Source of the DNA: Azolla caroliniana
Taxonomy: Eukaryota > Plantae > Polypodiophyta
Assembly: GCA_043228905.1 (NCBI GenBank)
Contig: JBHGNT010000014.1
Coordinates: forward strand, 1,550,001 to 1,614,000
Length of the DNA: 64,000 nt
Reading direction: 5' to 3'
Both the position numbers and the translations under genes were made by a program. How positions within the stretch are numbered: position 1 is the first letter of the stretch; each line of letters opens with the position of its first letter. Under the pieces are notes generated by a model. It had not been told where the DNA came from and did not search any database. It was given only the letters and a program-made list of their open reading frames with translations. Of this stretch, positions 47,483 through 58,462 are shown one piece after another.

Positions 47483-47998
47483 TTACATGAGGGAGAGGTG
47501 CTCGACGAAGTAGGTGGAGGCGAGGAGAGGTTGGGCGGGGGGGACGAGGGCGGAGAGCGTGGGCACATAGCGGGAGGCAGGGTCGAAGAGGAACGCGTCG
47601 GGCGCAGTGGTGAAGGCCGTGTGCTCGAACACGAGGAGCTCGTAGCGGTGGATGAGGGTGTCGTGAGGGGCGGGACGCTGGTACGGGGCCAGGATACGGA
47701 GCACGGGTGCGGGTGCGGGTGTGGGACCGGGTCCGGCCCCGGCCGCCATCACGGCCCAGTAGTGGACATAGACTAGGAGCCGAGAGCTTCCCGGGGAGGA
47801 GGCGTTCGGGCGGGAGGCCTGCCGGTCGATCATCATGACGGAGTAGGTCGGCCCCCCCGCTCCCGCTGCCGCTCCCCCCGCCGCCGCCGCCAGGGAGATG
47901 AGCGGCGGGTACCTCGTCTCCGCCGGCGTCAGCCTCTGCCCTTGCGCCACGTGCCGCCCGCCATACCACAGCGAGATGCTGACGCCACCCGTCGCCAT
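47483..47998 (-). CDS. Second divergent intronless PEBP-fold protein, 171 aa, very GC-rich
   Basis: ATG in acaATGGcg context at 47998. SLWYGGRHVAQGQRLTP..TYSVMMIDRQASRP..YVHYWAV..PYQRPAPHDTLIHRYELLVFE..LASTYFVE; clearly paralogous to 46096-46575. Confidence 0.8.
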   Translation of the reverse strand: MATGGVSISLWYGGRHVAQGQRLTPAETRYPPLISLAAAAGGAAAGAGGPTYSVMMIDRQASRPNASSPGSSRLLVYVHYWAVMAAGAGPGPTPAPAPVLRILAPYQRPAPHDTLIHRYELLVFEHTAFTTAPDAFLFDPASRYVPTLSALVPPAQPLLASTYFVEHLSLM

Positions 47999-48034
47999 TG
48001 TCAGATTCTCGTGATTCCTTCTTAATCTCAACCT

Positions 48035-48218
48035 CTAATTCTTAATTACCATCAATTCTCTCTCTCACTCTCTCTCTCTCTCTAATTCTTAATTATCATC
48101 AAATCTCTCTCTCTCTCTCTCTAATTCTTAATTACCATCGAATCTCTCTCTCTCTCTCATTCTTAATTACCATCAAATCTCTCTCTCTCTGTGTCTTTCT
48201 CTAATTCTTAATTACCAT

Positions 48219-48250
<32 letters not shown>

Positions 48251-48440
48251 CAATTCTTAATTACCACCAAATCTCTCTCTCTGTGTTTCTCTCTAATTCT
48301 TAATTACCATCAAATCTCTCACTGTCTCTCTACTCTTCAATTACCATCAAATCTCTATCTCTCTCTAATTCTTAATTGCCCTCAAATCTCTCACTGTCTC
48401 TCTAGTCCTCAATTACCGTAAAATCTCTCTCTCTCTAAAA
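48035..48440. repeat. Compound minisatellite: about 10 copies of (ctaattcttaattaccatcaaa) separated by variable (CT)n, upstream of PEBP-like gene 2
   Basis: Directly visible in the sequence. Confidence 0.9.
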
Positions 48441-49441
48441 TAAACCAATCAAATCCCGTTCTGTCTTTTTCCTTTTTTCCTACATTCAGAAATTAACGCT
48501 AATTTTAGTGGATTCTTCTTGTATGTATGTACATACATATCTCAATTCCAGAAATAAATTTAAATAAAACACAAACAGAAAAGGAAAGGGCAGATAATTG
48601 GCTCATTTGAAAACGCCCGCTAAATTCCTATCCACTTTCCTTCCTTCTTATTCATCGTTATCCACTTCTTGACCCGACGGGATCGAAACCGAGACTGAGG
48701 ATAACCAACGTGTCCGGATCATCTTGACCCAACTTGACCTACATTTGATTGACCCGACTAGACCTGCATTTGATTGACCACAAGTACATATGTATGCCTG
48801 ACTTGACCCACATTTGATTGACTGCAAGTACTATGTATGTATCGAGATATATATAAAAAACAAAATCAAGGGTTTAGGGATGTCTTTCGAAGTGACTAGC
48901 GTTTTTCGCTTTGTCCCCCCTCGAACCCATCGCCCTAACCTTTCGTTATTTTCACCATATGCCCTTGGTTAATCGAGAAAATCGAAATGAATTTGTTGGG
49001 AATATGGGGCTGAATCGAGATGATTTGGACCAACAACACAAGTAAGAGTAGATGAAACCACAAGACAAAAATGAGAGTACACCGAAATTTAACGTGGAAA
49101 ACCCAAAATAGGGAAAAGCCACGGAACCCCTTCCTTAGGGTTCGAAACAAATTCGCTATTTTCCTTAATACAACCGAATACAACCTCTCTAGTTTTGACT
49201 AGAGGGATGTATATGCTAAGGCAACAGCCTTGAACTGGGTGGATAGAAAAACTAACAAAAATGGAAACAAGAAAAACACAAAACAAAGAAACCTGATGCA
49301 AGTAGACAGGATGAGTGTTGTTCAGTCATGGTTCTCTGATAGCACAAACAACCCCTCGTAGGTCTCTGTCTCCACTTTGGTAGAACACTCTTTCACGAGG
49401 CCCGCTTACAATCTCCCTCTCTCTTTCCTATGAGCAAAGGT

Positions 49442-49473
<32 letters not shown>

Positions 49474-49492
49474 TCTCTTCTAGTTGTTGTGA

Positions 49493-52400
49493 TAATGACG
49501 ACGACACACTAGCCCGCTGCCACGCCGTCGTCTGTTGCCGCGCGGTGTCGCTTACCGTTGTCTGTTGCATTGCCACTGTCTATTGCCGCGCGGTCGTCTG
49601 TGGCCATCTGCTGACATCAGTCGCCGTCAGCTGCGTTCTTGCCATTGTAAAGTGCGCATCATTGGATATTTGAGGTGTGTGGGTTTCACTTTGAGTGTCA
49701 GCCTCCATTGGTGGGTTCTTTTGACGTGCTCGTAGTGTGCTTCATACGAACCGATGAAATGCCGATGTGACTGCGACATACACACAAACTCGGCTAAGTC
49801 TCACACCCATTTATTTTATCTTTTTCTTGTTGACACTACAATGACGTCTAAACGAGCAAGAAACATAAGGATATACACGACGAGGCTATAAGTAAAGAAG
49901 ATTTTTTAGATATGTTTAACCGTTTAACAAAAATGGAGATAGATATGAAAAAATGGGCGAAAGATGCCGAAACCCATAAGAAAAAAGATAGAGAAGAAAA
50001 AGACGCCCTCAAGGCCGAAATAGGAAAACTTAAAGTGGAAAACACCAACCTTAAAAAACAACTTAATGACATCGAGGTATCTCGAGAGGACGATGAAATA
50101 TCCTCCATAGAGGATATAAAGGACGAGATTAAAAAAGTTAAAGAGGAAGTTAAAAATAACACAGAGTTAGCTAAAACGGGTTGGGTAGACGTGGTTAAAA
50201 GAAACATTAAAAAAGAAATAAAAGATAAAAATATCGTTAATACCACCCTTGAAGAAGAGAAAATGCGTCAGGCCCAACGCTTAAATGTACGTGTCACTGG
50301 ACTCAAGGAAGGTGCATCCCCAGACGAGGATGCACAAGCACTTGGGAAAATGTTAGGGTACATAGAGACCCTACCTATCACCAAAGCTTGGAGGGCCAGA
50401 CATGACACAACTAGGAAGAGAGCCTTAGTCCTTCAATTTAAAGACTTAGACTCTAGAATCACTTTCTTTAAGAAGAGACCAATTCTTCGAGGATTGGGTG
50501 GGGACCCTATCTATCTCAATGAAGACCTCACTAAGATGCAAATTGAGCATTGCAAGAGTTGTATGCCACGAGTTATGCAAGCTCGTAAAGAAGGGCATCA
50601 CGCCTTTTATTGAGACGGGTTAGGAAACAGGTCCCTCCAGATGGGAAATGAGAAGAATAGTACTGATGAGCAAACTCGGTTGAGGCCGAAACCGGATGAG
50701 GAGTACCCGGCTACGGAGAGCCGAATGGTGCAGACCCGGTGAGAACCGGATGACGAGTACCCGGCTACGGAGAGCCGGATGGTTCAGACCCGGTGAGAAC
50801 TGGATGAGGAGTACCCGAAAACGGAAGACCCGATGAGAACCGGATGACGAGTACCCGGCAAGCGCTGGATGATGCAGGCCCGGTGAGGAGTGCTCACCGG
50901 ATGAAGGGACATATTCGTAAATATGTTTCTGAGAGTCCATCGGGGCTATATTTGTAAATAGCCGAAAAGTCATATTAGTATAAATATGACTTAGGGCAAA
51001 CTCAGAGGAATAAGTTGTTGCCATTCTTGTTGGTGCAAGATTTGAGAGCATAACAGTGTACAGAGAGAGAGAGAGAGAGGAAGAGGTCGTTGCCTCTGTT
51101 GTAACCGCCGCTTGTGGCGAAGATAGCAAGCTTGAGGTTGTTGCCTCGGTGCTTTACTATTGTACATTGTAACATAGTGATAGTTTGCAGCTTGTGGGTT
51201 GCCGTGGTTTTTCCCTAGTTTGGGTTTTCCACGTAAACATCCTGTCTACTCTTCTCTCTACTGTGTCGTGCCTTCATTCCCGTTTTTTTTCTGTGTTTGA
51301 TTCTAAACTCGGTTGTGGCCAAGCGTTGCGCATAGGGAATGTGAAGTTCCTGTTAGAGTTGTATGCCATGAGTTATGCAAGCTCGTAAAGAAGGGCATCA
51401 CGCCTTTTATCGAGACGGGTGAGTGATCATAAATGATCGCACTACTAATTGACGATGTGTGGCCCATGTGACAAAAAATACACTTAGGATGACCTTATGG
51501 AATTGTAACGATGCACTTTGGACACACCCCGGCCACTTCGAGGAGATATTAAAGGTATCAAATATACTTTTCTTGGTAGAAACACACCAAAGCCCAAATA
51601 GAGGACTCCCACGATAGTGAATCTAGGGAAAACTACAGTCCTTATCTTCCACACATCGGCCCAAGTTAGAGCTAAGTGTCACCTAACTATCTCCCATAGC
51701 CCAGTTGAGGTGGTTGGATCATATGTCTATCTTGGAGTCACTTTCAGTGCCCGCTCAGGTAAATTTTCGATGACATAGACAACGAAGGATAGACTTACGA
51801 GAGGACATGCATCCCTCTCACTCCTAGAGAGACAATGCCACCAAGCACACTTTCAAGAGCCACGGACTAAAGGGTGGCTCTTTGACTCATTAGTGACCCC
51901 CTCCCTCATGTATGCATTAGTAGTTTGGGCTCCAGGATTACCATCTTTCATGTGGATGCAATTAGAGAGACCATTGGTGATGATGTTATCACGCCAACTC
52001 CGAAGCAAATCGACAATACCACATGACATTTTTCAGACTGAGTTCACTTTACCCCCAATGTTAGTAGAAACACTTTTCCAACTTGTAGTCTTTATTCACA
52101 GGATACATAGCCAACCACATGATAGAATATCTTATCAAGCCTTTAAGGCCTCTCGATCACTATATGAGTCCGGCTATACTAGCTCATGGTATGGCATGAT
52201 GGTGAGTTGGCTTCTTGTGAACGGTCTATAAAGTAATAACCTACCTCCCCTTAGGTACAACCACACGATTAATAACACTTTAATCTCTCATGAGGACCGC
52301 AATAAAGTAATAAGCCAAGAAATATGGAAAATTTACACTTGGTATAAATGGATCACCCCACTAGAGCCACTCCCATCTAAAATGTTGTATTATAAGGAAC

Positions 52401-53220
52401 ACTTCATGCACTTCTCTATGTTAGGTTTTATCATGCGGCCAAAATATCTAGATGTATTCTTACCACATGCACTAAGGGTTGCCATTGGACAACTTAGAAT
52501 ATCATCTCACCAACTTGAGATTGAGAGTGGTTGTACTAATGGAGTCCCCAGGGAGGAAAGGATATGTAGGTTATGCCACATAGAGATGGAGGATGAGTAT
52601 CACTTTACATGCAAGTGTCCAACCTATGCCGAGATAAGGGCAAAATACCAAGACATACTTGGTTCCTCTCCCACCCTCCCCAAACTATTAGATACTCTAG
52701 ATATAAAGAAATTAGGCAAATACATTCTAGAACTAAAACAACACAGAGAGAATAAGTTACAAAATGTTGACAATAATGTTGCTAATGTTCACCAACATGT
52801 AACAAAAGAAGTTTTTCAGGAACAGGGGGAGACAATGAATGTCGACACTCCTGCACCACTCGGCCTTTCCCTTGATGAGGCAGAAAACCAACGAAGAACC
52901 AGACGTCCTCGGGTGTCGGGTTTCAAAGCAACTTGACGTGGTGCAGAAGCAATAATGAAAATAAGGGAACGTGAGCTACATCGCCTAGAAACCATGGCTA
53001 GGACACTCTCTACATTGGGACCATGGATCACACCCACACCAAAACCCTTTGACCTCTCACTTCTTTTCGAGAGGCTTGGGTGGAAATAAAATTAGGCTTA
53101 GTGTAAAGTCACTTCCTTTATCGAGTATACCATGTTTTGTACACGACTAGAACTCTTTTAGCTTAAGTTCTATTTTTACTTTATTTTATTTTAGTTATGA
53201 TGATTGGATAAATACTCATT
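49493..53220 (+). mobile_element. Non-L1 LINE (RTEX/L2/CR1-like) with ORF1 and internally deleted ORF2
   Basis: 9-bp TSD ttgttgtga (49484-49492 and 53221-53229). ORF1 is a coiled coil followed by RLNVRVTGLKE..IYLNEDLT. ORF2 starts with an endonuclease N-terminus (TLWNCND..ILFLVETH) fused directly to post-RT VNLGKTTVLIF..YVYLGVTF, then LRISSHQLEIESG..RICRLC..EDEYHFTCKC. Confidence 0.8.
50619..51355 (+). mobile_element. Solo LTR (family of Copia E) inserted at the end of LINE ORF1
   Basis: Starts gttaggaaacaggtccc (reverse complement of 23984-24000); ends ttcctgtta (compare ttcctgtca at 28722-28730 on the minus strand); flanked by a 66-bp duplication. Confidence 0.85.
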
Positions 53221-53425
53221 TTGTTGTGAACCAATTGTCTCATGGGCCAATTTTGGCCTTAGAAGATGTTAATATTCTTTCTTTCTTTCTTTCTCACTCT
53301 TTTGTTTTCTGTTTTTCTCTCAATTTTCTGTTTTTACTCTGTGTTCTTAGAAAATTGGACTGCGCTTTGTTTTCTCCTCTTTTTCTGTGTTTCTCCTTGT
53401 AGTCCAACGTCTATATACTTGTGTT

Positions 53426-53457
<32 letters not shown>

Positions 53458-53558
53458 ACACACACACAAAAAAAACATACGAAAGAAAAGGGCATAACTG
53501 CATACATACATACATACATACATACATACATACATACATACATACATACATACATACA

Positions 53559-53590
<32 letters not shown>
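53426..53590. repeat. (CA)n and (TACA)n microsatellites within the Copia G LTR
   Basis: Directly visible in the sequence. Confidence 0.95.
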
Positions 53591-53594
<4 letters not shown>

Positions 53595-54358
53595 TAATTA
53601 TAACTTTTCTCCTTTTTGGCCCTAAGCCAATTATATGCTCAACTGACTCCAAATCAGTCATATGCTCAGTCGACTGCTGACACACAACCGACTCTCAATC
53701 AGCCCTTCGGCTCTCAACTGGCTCCATGTTGTGGGCTCCACTTGAGTTGACAAGCCCCAACAATTCTCCCCCTCCATCTCAAGTGGGTGGCACAACTGAG
53801 TTTGCCTTTTGTTTGCAAACTTCAAGCTTCTATCTTGACAAACTTTTTGTCATCATGTTAGAGCCATTCTCATTGGTATGTATCTTCTCAATGTGCATTT
53901 TCTTTTCTTCAAGCACATCTCTAATCCAATGGTATCTAACATCAATGTGTTTTGACTTAGAGTGAAAAGAAGAATTCTTGGATCAGCCATCACAATATAA
54001 AATGTACCTTTCTTGGATCAGCCCCAACTCTTGTAGGAATTTCTTTAGCCATAGGAATTCCTTACTAGCTTTTGTGGCAACAATATACTCAGCCTCCATT
54101 GTGGATAATGCCAAACATTTTTGGAGTCTCAACTGCCAAGAGACTGCTCCCTCTACAAAGATCATTAGATACCCTGATGTAGACATTTTGGAGTCAATAT
54201 CACCAGCCATATCGGCATCTTTATATCCATCTAATATAGTTTGGTTCTCACCAAATTTTAGACAAACTCTTGAGGTACCCCTCAGATATCGCAGGATCCG
54301 TTTCACTGCTTCCCAATGATCTTTTCCAGTTCAAGAGAAAATGGCTTATGACACCAAC

Positions 54359-54637
54359 TGCAAGCACACAGAAATCTAATTCAAAAATAATACTCAATCT
54401 GTACATTATATGTGTTTAGTAAACACTTTTATACAAGTCCATGCGGACTGACAGAAGTACGATGTACTTCAATGCTCACACAAGCGTCTGACACTAACTA
54501 TGAGACATTAACTACCTAGTAGTCTAGGCTGCTACTAGGCTTCCGGTTACTGATGGATCCGGCTAACCGGCTTCCCAGCTCACCGGCTCACCGATCCGGC
54601 TCAGGCTTATTCAGCCGATCCGGATCTGGTTGATACA
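54359..54637 (-). mobile_element. Short solo/partial LTR (related to the LTRs of Copia B/C) inside Copia G RT
   Basis: Shares cactttt.atacaagtcc and tacttcaatgctca motifs with 8491-8907 and 9758-10165; TG...CA ends; the flanking RT lacks about 13 codons. Confidence 0.65.
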
Positions 54638-56992
54638 TTAAACTATCGACTGCAGAGGCATATGGTATTTGTTTCATTCCTTCTTACTCTTTGTCACTCG
54701 TAGGGCACTGAGCTGAGCTGAGTTTAAAATGGCCCGCGAGTGGAGTGTTGATCGGCTTACTCTTAGCCATGTTGAATCCTTCTCAATGTACTTTTCTTGA
54801 GACAACCACAATCTTTTGCTTGCCCTGTCCCTGGTTATCTTCATGCCAAGGATTTGATTGGCTGGTCCCAAGCCTTTCATGGCAAAAGATTTGCTGAGTT
54901 CCTTTTTTAGCTTCTCAATCTTGTTGGTGTCTTGACCAACGATCAACATATTGTCAACATACAAGGGTAGAATGACAAAATCCCCATCTGAGAATTTCTT
55001 AACAAACACGCAATGGTCTGTGTTTGTTCTATTATACCCATGGTTCAACATAAAGGAGTCAAACTTTTTATACCAAAGTCTAGGAGCTTGTTTTAGGCCA
55101 TACAAGCTCTTCTTTAACCTACATACCAGGTTTTCCTTACCTTTGACTCCAAACCCTTCGGGTTGATCCATGTAAATCTCTTCCTCCAAATCACCATGGA
55201 GGAAGGTAGTTTTTACATTGAGTTGCTCGACTTCTAGATCGAGACTGGCTACGATCCCAAGTACAACTCTGATCGAGGACATCTTCAACACTGGTGAGAA
55301 AATCTCCTCAAAATCAATTCCCTTTTTTTGGTTGAACCCCATCACAACCAGTCTTGCCTTGTATCTTGACTGTGAGCAATGTTCCTCAGTCTTTAGCCCA
55401 TAAATCCATCCGTTTTTCAGCGCTCTTTACCTTTGGCAACTTTACCACATCATAAGTATGATTGTCTTGCAAAGACCTCATCTCATCATTCATGACCTCA
55501 AACAATTCCTCGTTATGATCATTTGCCATAGCTTCTCTAAAGGTTTCTGGCTCTCCTCCATTTGAAAGCATCACATATTCATGTGGGTTGTATCTGGTAG
55601 AAGGTCATCTTTGTCTCATAGACCTTCCAACCTATTCCTCTTCCTCTTTTGGAGGAGCTGTTGAAATTTCATCAAGCTGGTCACCTAGAGTATGATGATC
55701 ATGATTTTGCCCATCATCATCATCGGCTGCATCATCACTTGTATCATCATACTCCTCCGTATCTCCTTCGAAACAAATTCACTATTTTCCTTAGTACAAC
55801 CGAATACAACCTCTCTAGTTTTGACTAGAGGGATGTATGTGCTAAGGCAACGGCCTTGATTACAATTCCTCACCCAACTAGGTGGATGGAAAAACTAGCA
55901 AAAATGGAAACAAGAAAAACACGGAACGAAGAAACCTGATGCAAGTAGACAGGATGGGTGTTGTTCAATCATGGTTCTCTGATAACACAAACAACCCCTC
56001 GTAGGTCTCTGTCTCCACTTAGGTAGAACACTCTTCCTCGTGCTCTCACTCTTTTGTTTTCTGTTTTTCTCTCTTAGTTGACACACAACCGACTCTCAAT
56101 CAGCCCTTCGGCTCTTATCCGGCTCCATGTTGTGGGCTCCACTTGAGTGGACAAGCCCCAATAGAATCAGACTTTGTTGTTATGGACTCAACGATGAATA
56201 TTGAAAAACTCAAGGGCATGTTGCGAAATTAAAGAAAAGCTCACCCTGTTTTCAAAGTTATCTCACTAAAACGAATCATTTCAACAAGTTGAAGCAAGCT
56301 ATTTAGTCCAAACATTTACACTCACATATCAATAATCATAGCACCACACAACATAGTCCATAGGTTGAATCAATTGAAACATATTTTGATTCTAGCACCT
56401 TATTCACTTTGAAGGGCCTTTGAATGCAAGGTCATGTTTAGAGATATCCCCTAACCATTTACAACCCATCCTTAGACTTGGAAATAACTATATTATAACA
56501 TGAGGTACTAAATGACAAGAAGAAGGAGAAAGAGATAGCAACGGAGGATCCGAGCAGCGATGGCGGGAGCAAACGCAGCGGAACAGGGCGGGCAGACATG
56601 GCGTGCAGGAGCAGGAGCAGGTGCACGCTGAGGAACGCGCGCGCTGCCCAACATAGCAAGAGGCGCCAACTGCTGTCCAGGCCGTCACACTGGAGAACTG
56701 CAGGTAATAAGCAGCAGAGCGTTGGCGGGAGCAAACGCAGCAGAGCGCGGAGTGGGAGCAGCAGAAAAAGGCGAGCAGGAGCAGGAGTAGGTGCACACTG
56801 AGGAACACGCGCGCTGTCCAACAGAGCAAGAGGAGGAGCACAACGCCAATTGCTGTCCAGGTACTCTCACACACAATCCTCCCTCCCTCCCCCAACCAGA
56901 AAACGCAAAGTAACACATTAAAAAAACACAAAACAAAGGGGGAAGGGAAGAACAACACATACAACCTAGGCTCGCAAGACACATAACTCGCT

Positions 56993-58462
56993 ATGATGGG
57001 AGGAATCGAGCTTCCACCAGCGCCCAGTTTGCTTGATGAAGAAGGTGGATCAGATCTCGCCATTACCCTGTCCCCCGAGGCTAACCGTGTCTTAGCGGAA
57101 GAAATCGAACGCCTACGGCGTACCTCATTCGTATGTAGGTTTCTGGCAGGTAGACCAAGTCGGGGCATGGTTCGGGACATGTTTCAGGTGGCTGTGTTGG
57201 AGAACATGCCGGTAATCAAGAGTGTCAGGGGTTTAGGGAAAAACTTCTTCCACATTGAATTAGGTAATGACTTGCTGGCGCAACCATTGGTCGAGCTCAA
57301 GGTACTCGAACTGAAGTACGACAAGGTGTTGCTCCAACCATGGTCACCAGGGTTCAATCCGATCGAAGAGTTACGGAAACTCAACAACCCTAGGGTGATC
57401 ACCGCAACATTTCCTGGCCTCCCTCCACATTTGTACCATCTGCTCCCTCTTTTTGGCGAACAAGTAGGGATGATATGCCCTCAAAAAGCGTCAATGGCAG
57501 ACACAGTCGCGGAGGTGCCCAAGTTGCGTATCTTGGTGCCTTCCCTCCATGGACTTCCATCAAGGATTAGACTCTACTCTGAGGAGTTAGGCCTCACAAT
57601 GGTAAAAGTGGTTTATGAGGGACTCCCGGGGCAGTGTTTCATTTGCAAACAGACAGGACACCTAGCTAAGGAGTGTCCTCGTAAGATTGGAAAGGGAAGC
57701 TCGGGACCACGACCCTCGGGCAAAGTCGGGACAACCAAGGGTGAAGAAGCTCCTTGGCTACCCGTTAAGAAGAAGGGGAAACTTGGAGGCCTAGGTGCCT
57801 CCTCTCCCGCCCTTTTTCATGACCACCCCTTTGAAAGAAGTCCCGCCACCTTGTCACCAGCAAGCGTGGACGAGCAACCCTTGAAACGAGTAAAGATCCT
57901 CTCCGGGAGTGCCAAGGCACCCGACCTACAGGTGAGAGCTACCAACAGATTTACACTTCTTCAAGGGTTAGGGGATGGCGACCCAGCAACGTTGGCAGCA
58001 ATGTTGTCCCCGTGCGACTCCTCACGCCTTCCCCCGCGGGAGCCCGAACTCGTGTTCTCCACCCCGATGGAGATGCAACCCCAACTTGTACCGTCCACCC
58101 CGGAAGAGAAGTTGGCACAACCCCCCCTCCCGTTGGAACGTGAATGTGGTAGTGGCCTCAGATTAGTGAAATCGTGGATCCGGACGGGCAAGCTCAAGGA
58201 CAAAGAAAAGGGTAAGATAGGAAGACCAACACCTGGTTTGGCGACGACTTTGTTAGATAGAGGGATGCAAGTTGTGCCACCGCTTCGGAGCACAAATGTA
58301 TCACGGGAGCTATTTGAAGCGGGTCGGGAACGACCGGCTGAGAATCTTGTAGGGGATTTGCAGCCTGCAGTGGAGACCATACCCCCCGAAACAGGTGTTA
58401 GTTTGCCCCATGACATGGGGATCGGCCCGAACATGGGCGCCAACGTCACCGTTTTCGGATGA
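56993..58462 (+). CDS. L1 ORF1p (DUF4283-like N-terminus, CCHC knuckle), 489 aa
   Basis: Uninterrupted ORF with VRGLGKNFFHI..LQPWSPGFNP and CFICKQTGHLAKEC; the stop overlaps the ORF2 start (ATGA). Confidence 0.9.
   Translation: MMGGIELPPAPSLLDEEGGSDLAITLSPEANRVLAEEIERLRRTSFVCRFLAGRPSRGMVRDMFQVAVLENMPVIKSVRGLGKNFFHIELGNDLLAQPLVELKVLELKYDKVLLQPWSPGFNPIEELRKLNNPRVITATFPGLPPHLYHLLPLFGEQVGMICPQKASMADTVAEVPKLRILVPSLHGLPSRIRLYSEELGLTMVKVVYEGLPGQCFICKQTGHLAKECPRKIGKGSSGPRPSGKVGTTKGEEAPWLPVKKKGKLGGLGASSPALFHDHPFERSPATLSPASVDEQPLKRVKILSGSAKAPDLQVRATNRFTLLQGLGDGDPATLAAMLSPCDSSRLPPREPELVFSTPMEMQPQLVPSTPEEKLAQPPLPLERECGSGLRLVKSWIRTGKLKDKEKGKIGRPTPGLATTLLDRGMQVVPPLRSTNVSRELFEAGRERPAENLVGDLQPAVETIPPETGVSLPHDMGIGPNMGANVTVFG

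Larger units (their letters stand above)
48994..56163 (-). mobile_element. Internally deleted Copia element G hosting nested insertions
   Basis: 3' LTR tgttggg(48994)...cccaaca(53762), split by a LINE; PPT attctccccct; RNaseH/RT remnants 53763-55760 (DADMAGD, LYGLKQAPR, LYVDNM); deleted 5' LTR about 55765-56163; TSD gaatt/gaatc. Confidence 0.8.

Noticed and set aside
46096-47998. Assigning FT, TFL1 or MFT gene symbols
   Set aside because: Diagnostic DPDxP, GxHR, segment B, N-terminal segment and 4-exon structure are all absent.
48035-48440. CRISPR-like repeat-spacer array
   Set aside because: The spacers are (CT)n microsatellite, the context is eukaryotic, and there are no cas genes.
53266-53685. 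ORFs with HTYI/MYVC repeats
   Set aside because: Translations of (TACA)n and (CA)n microsatellites in an LTR.
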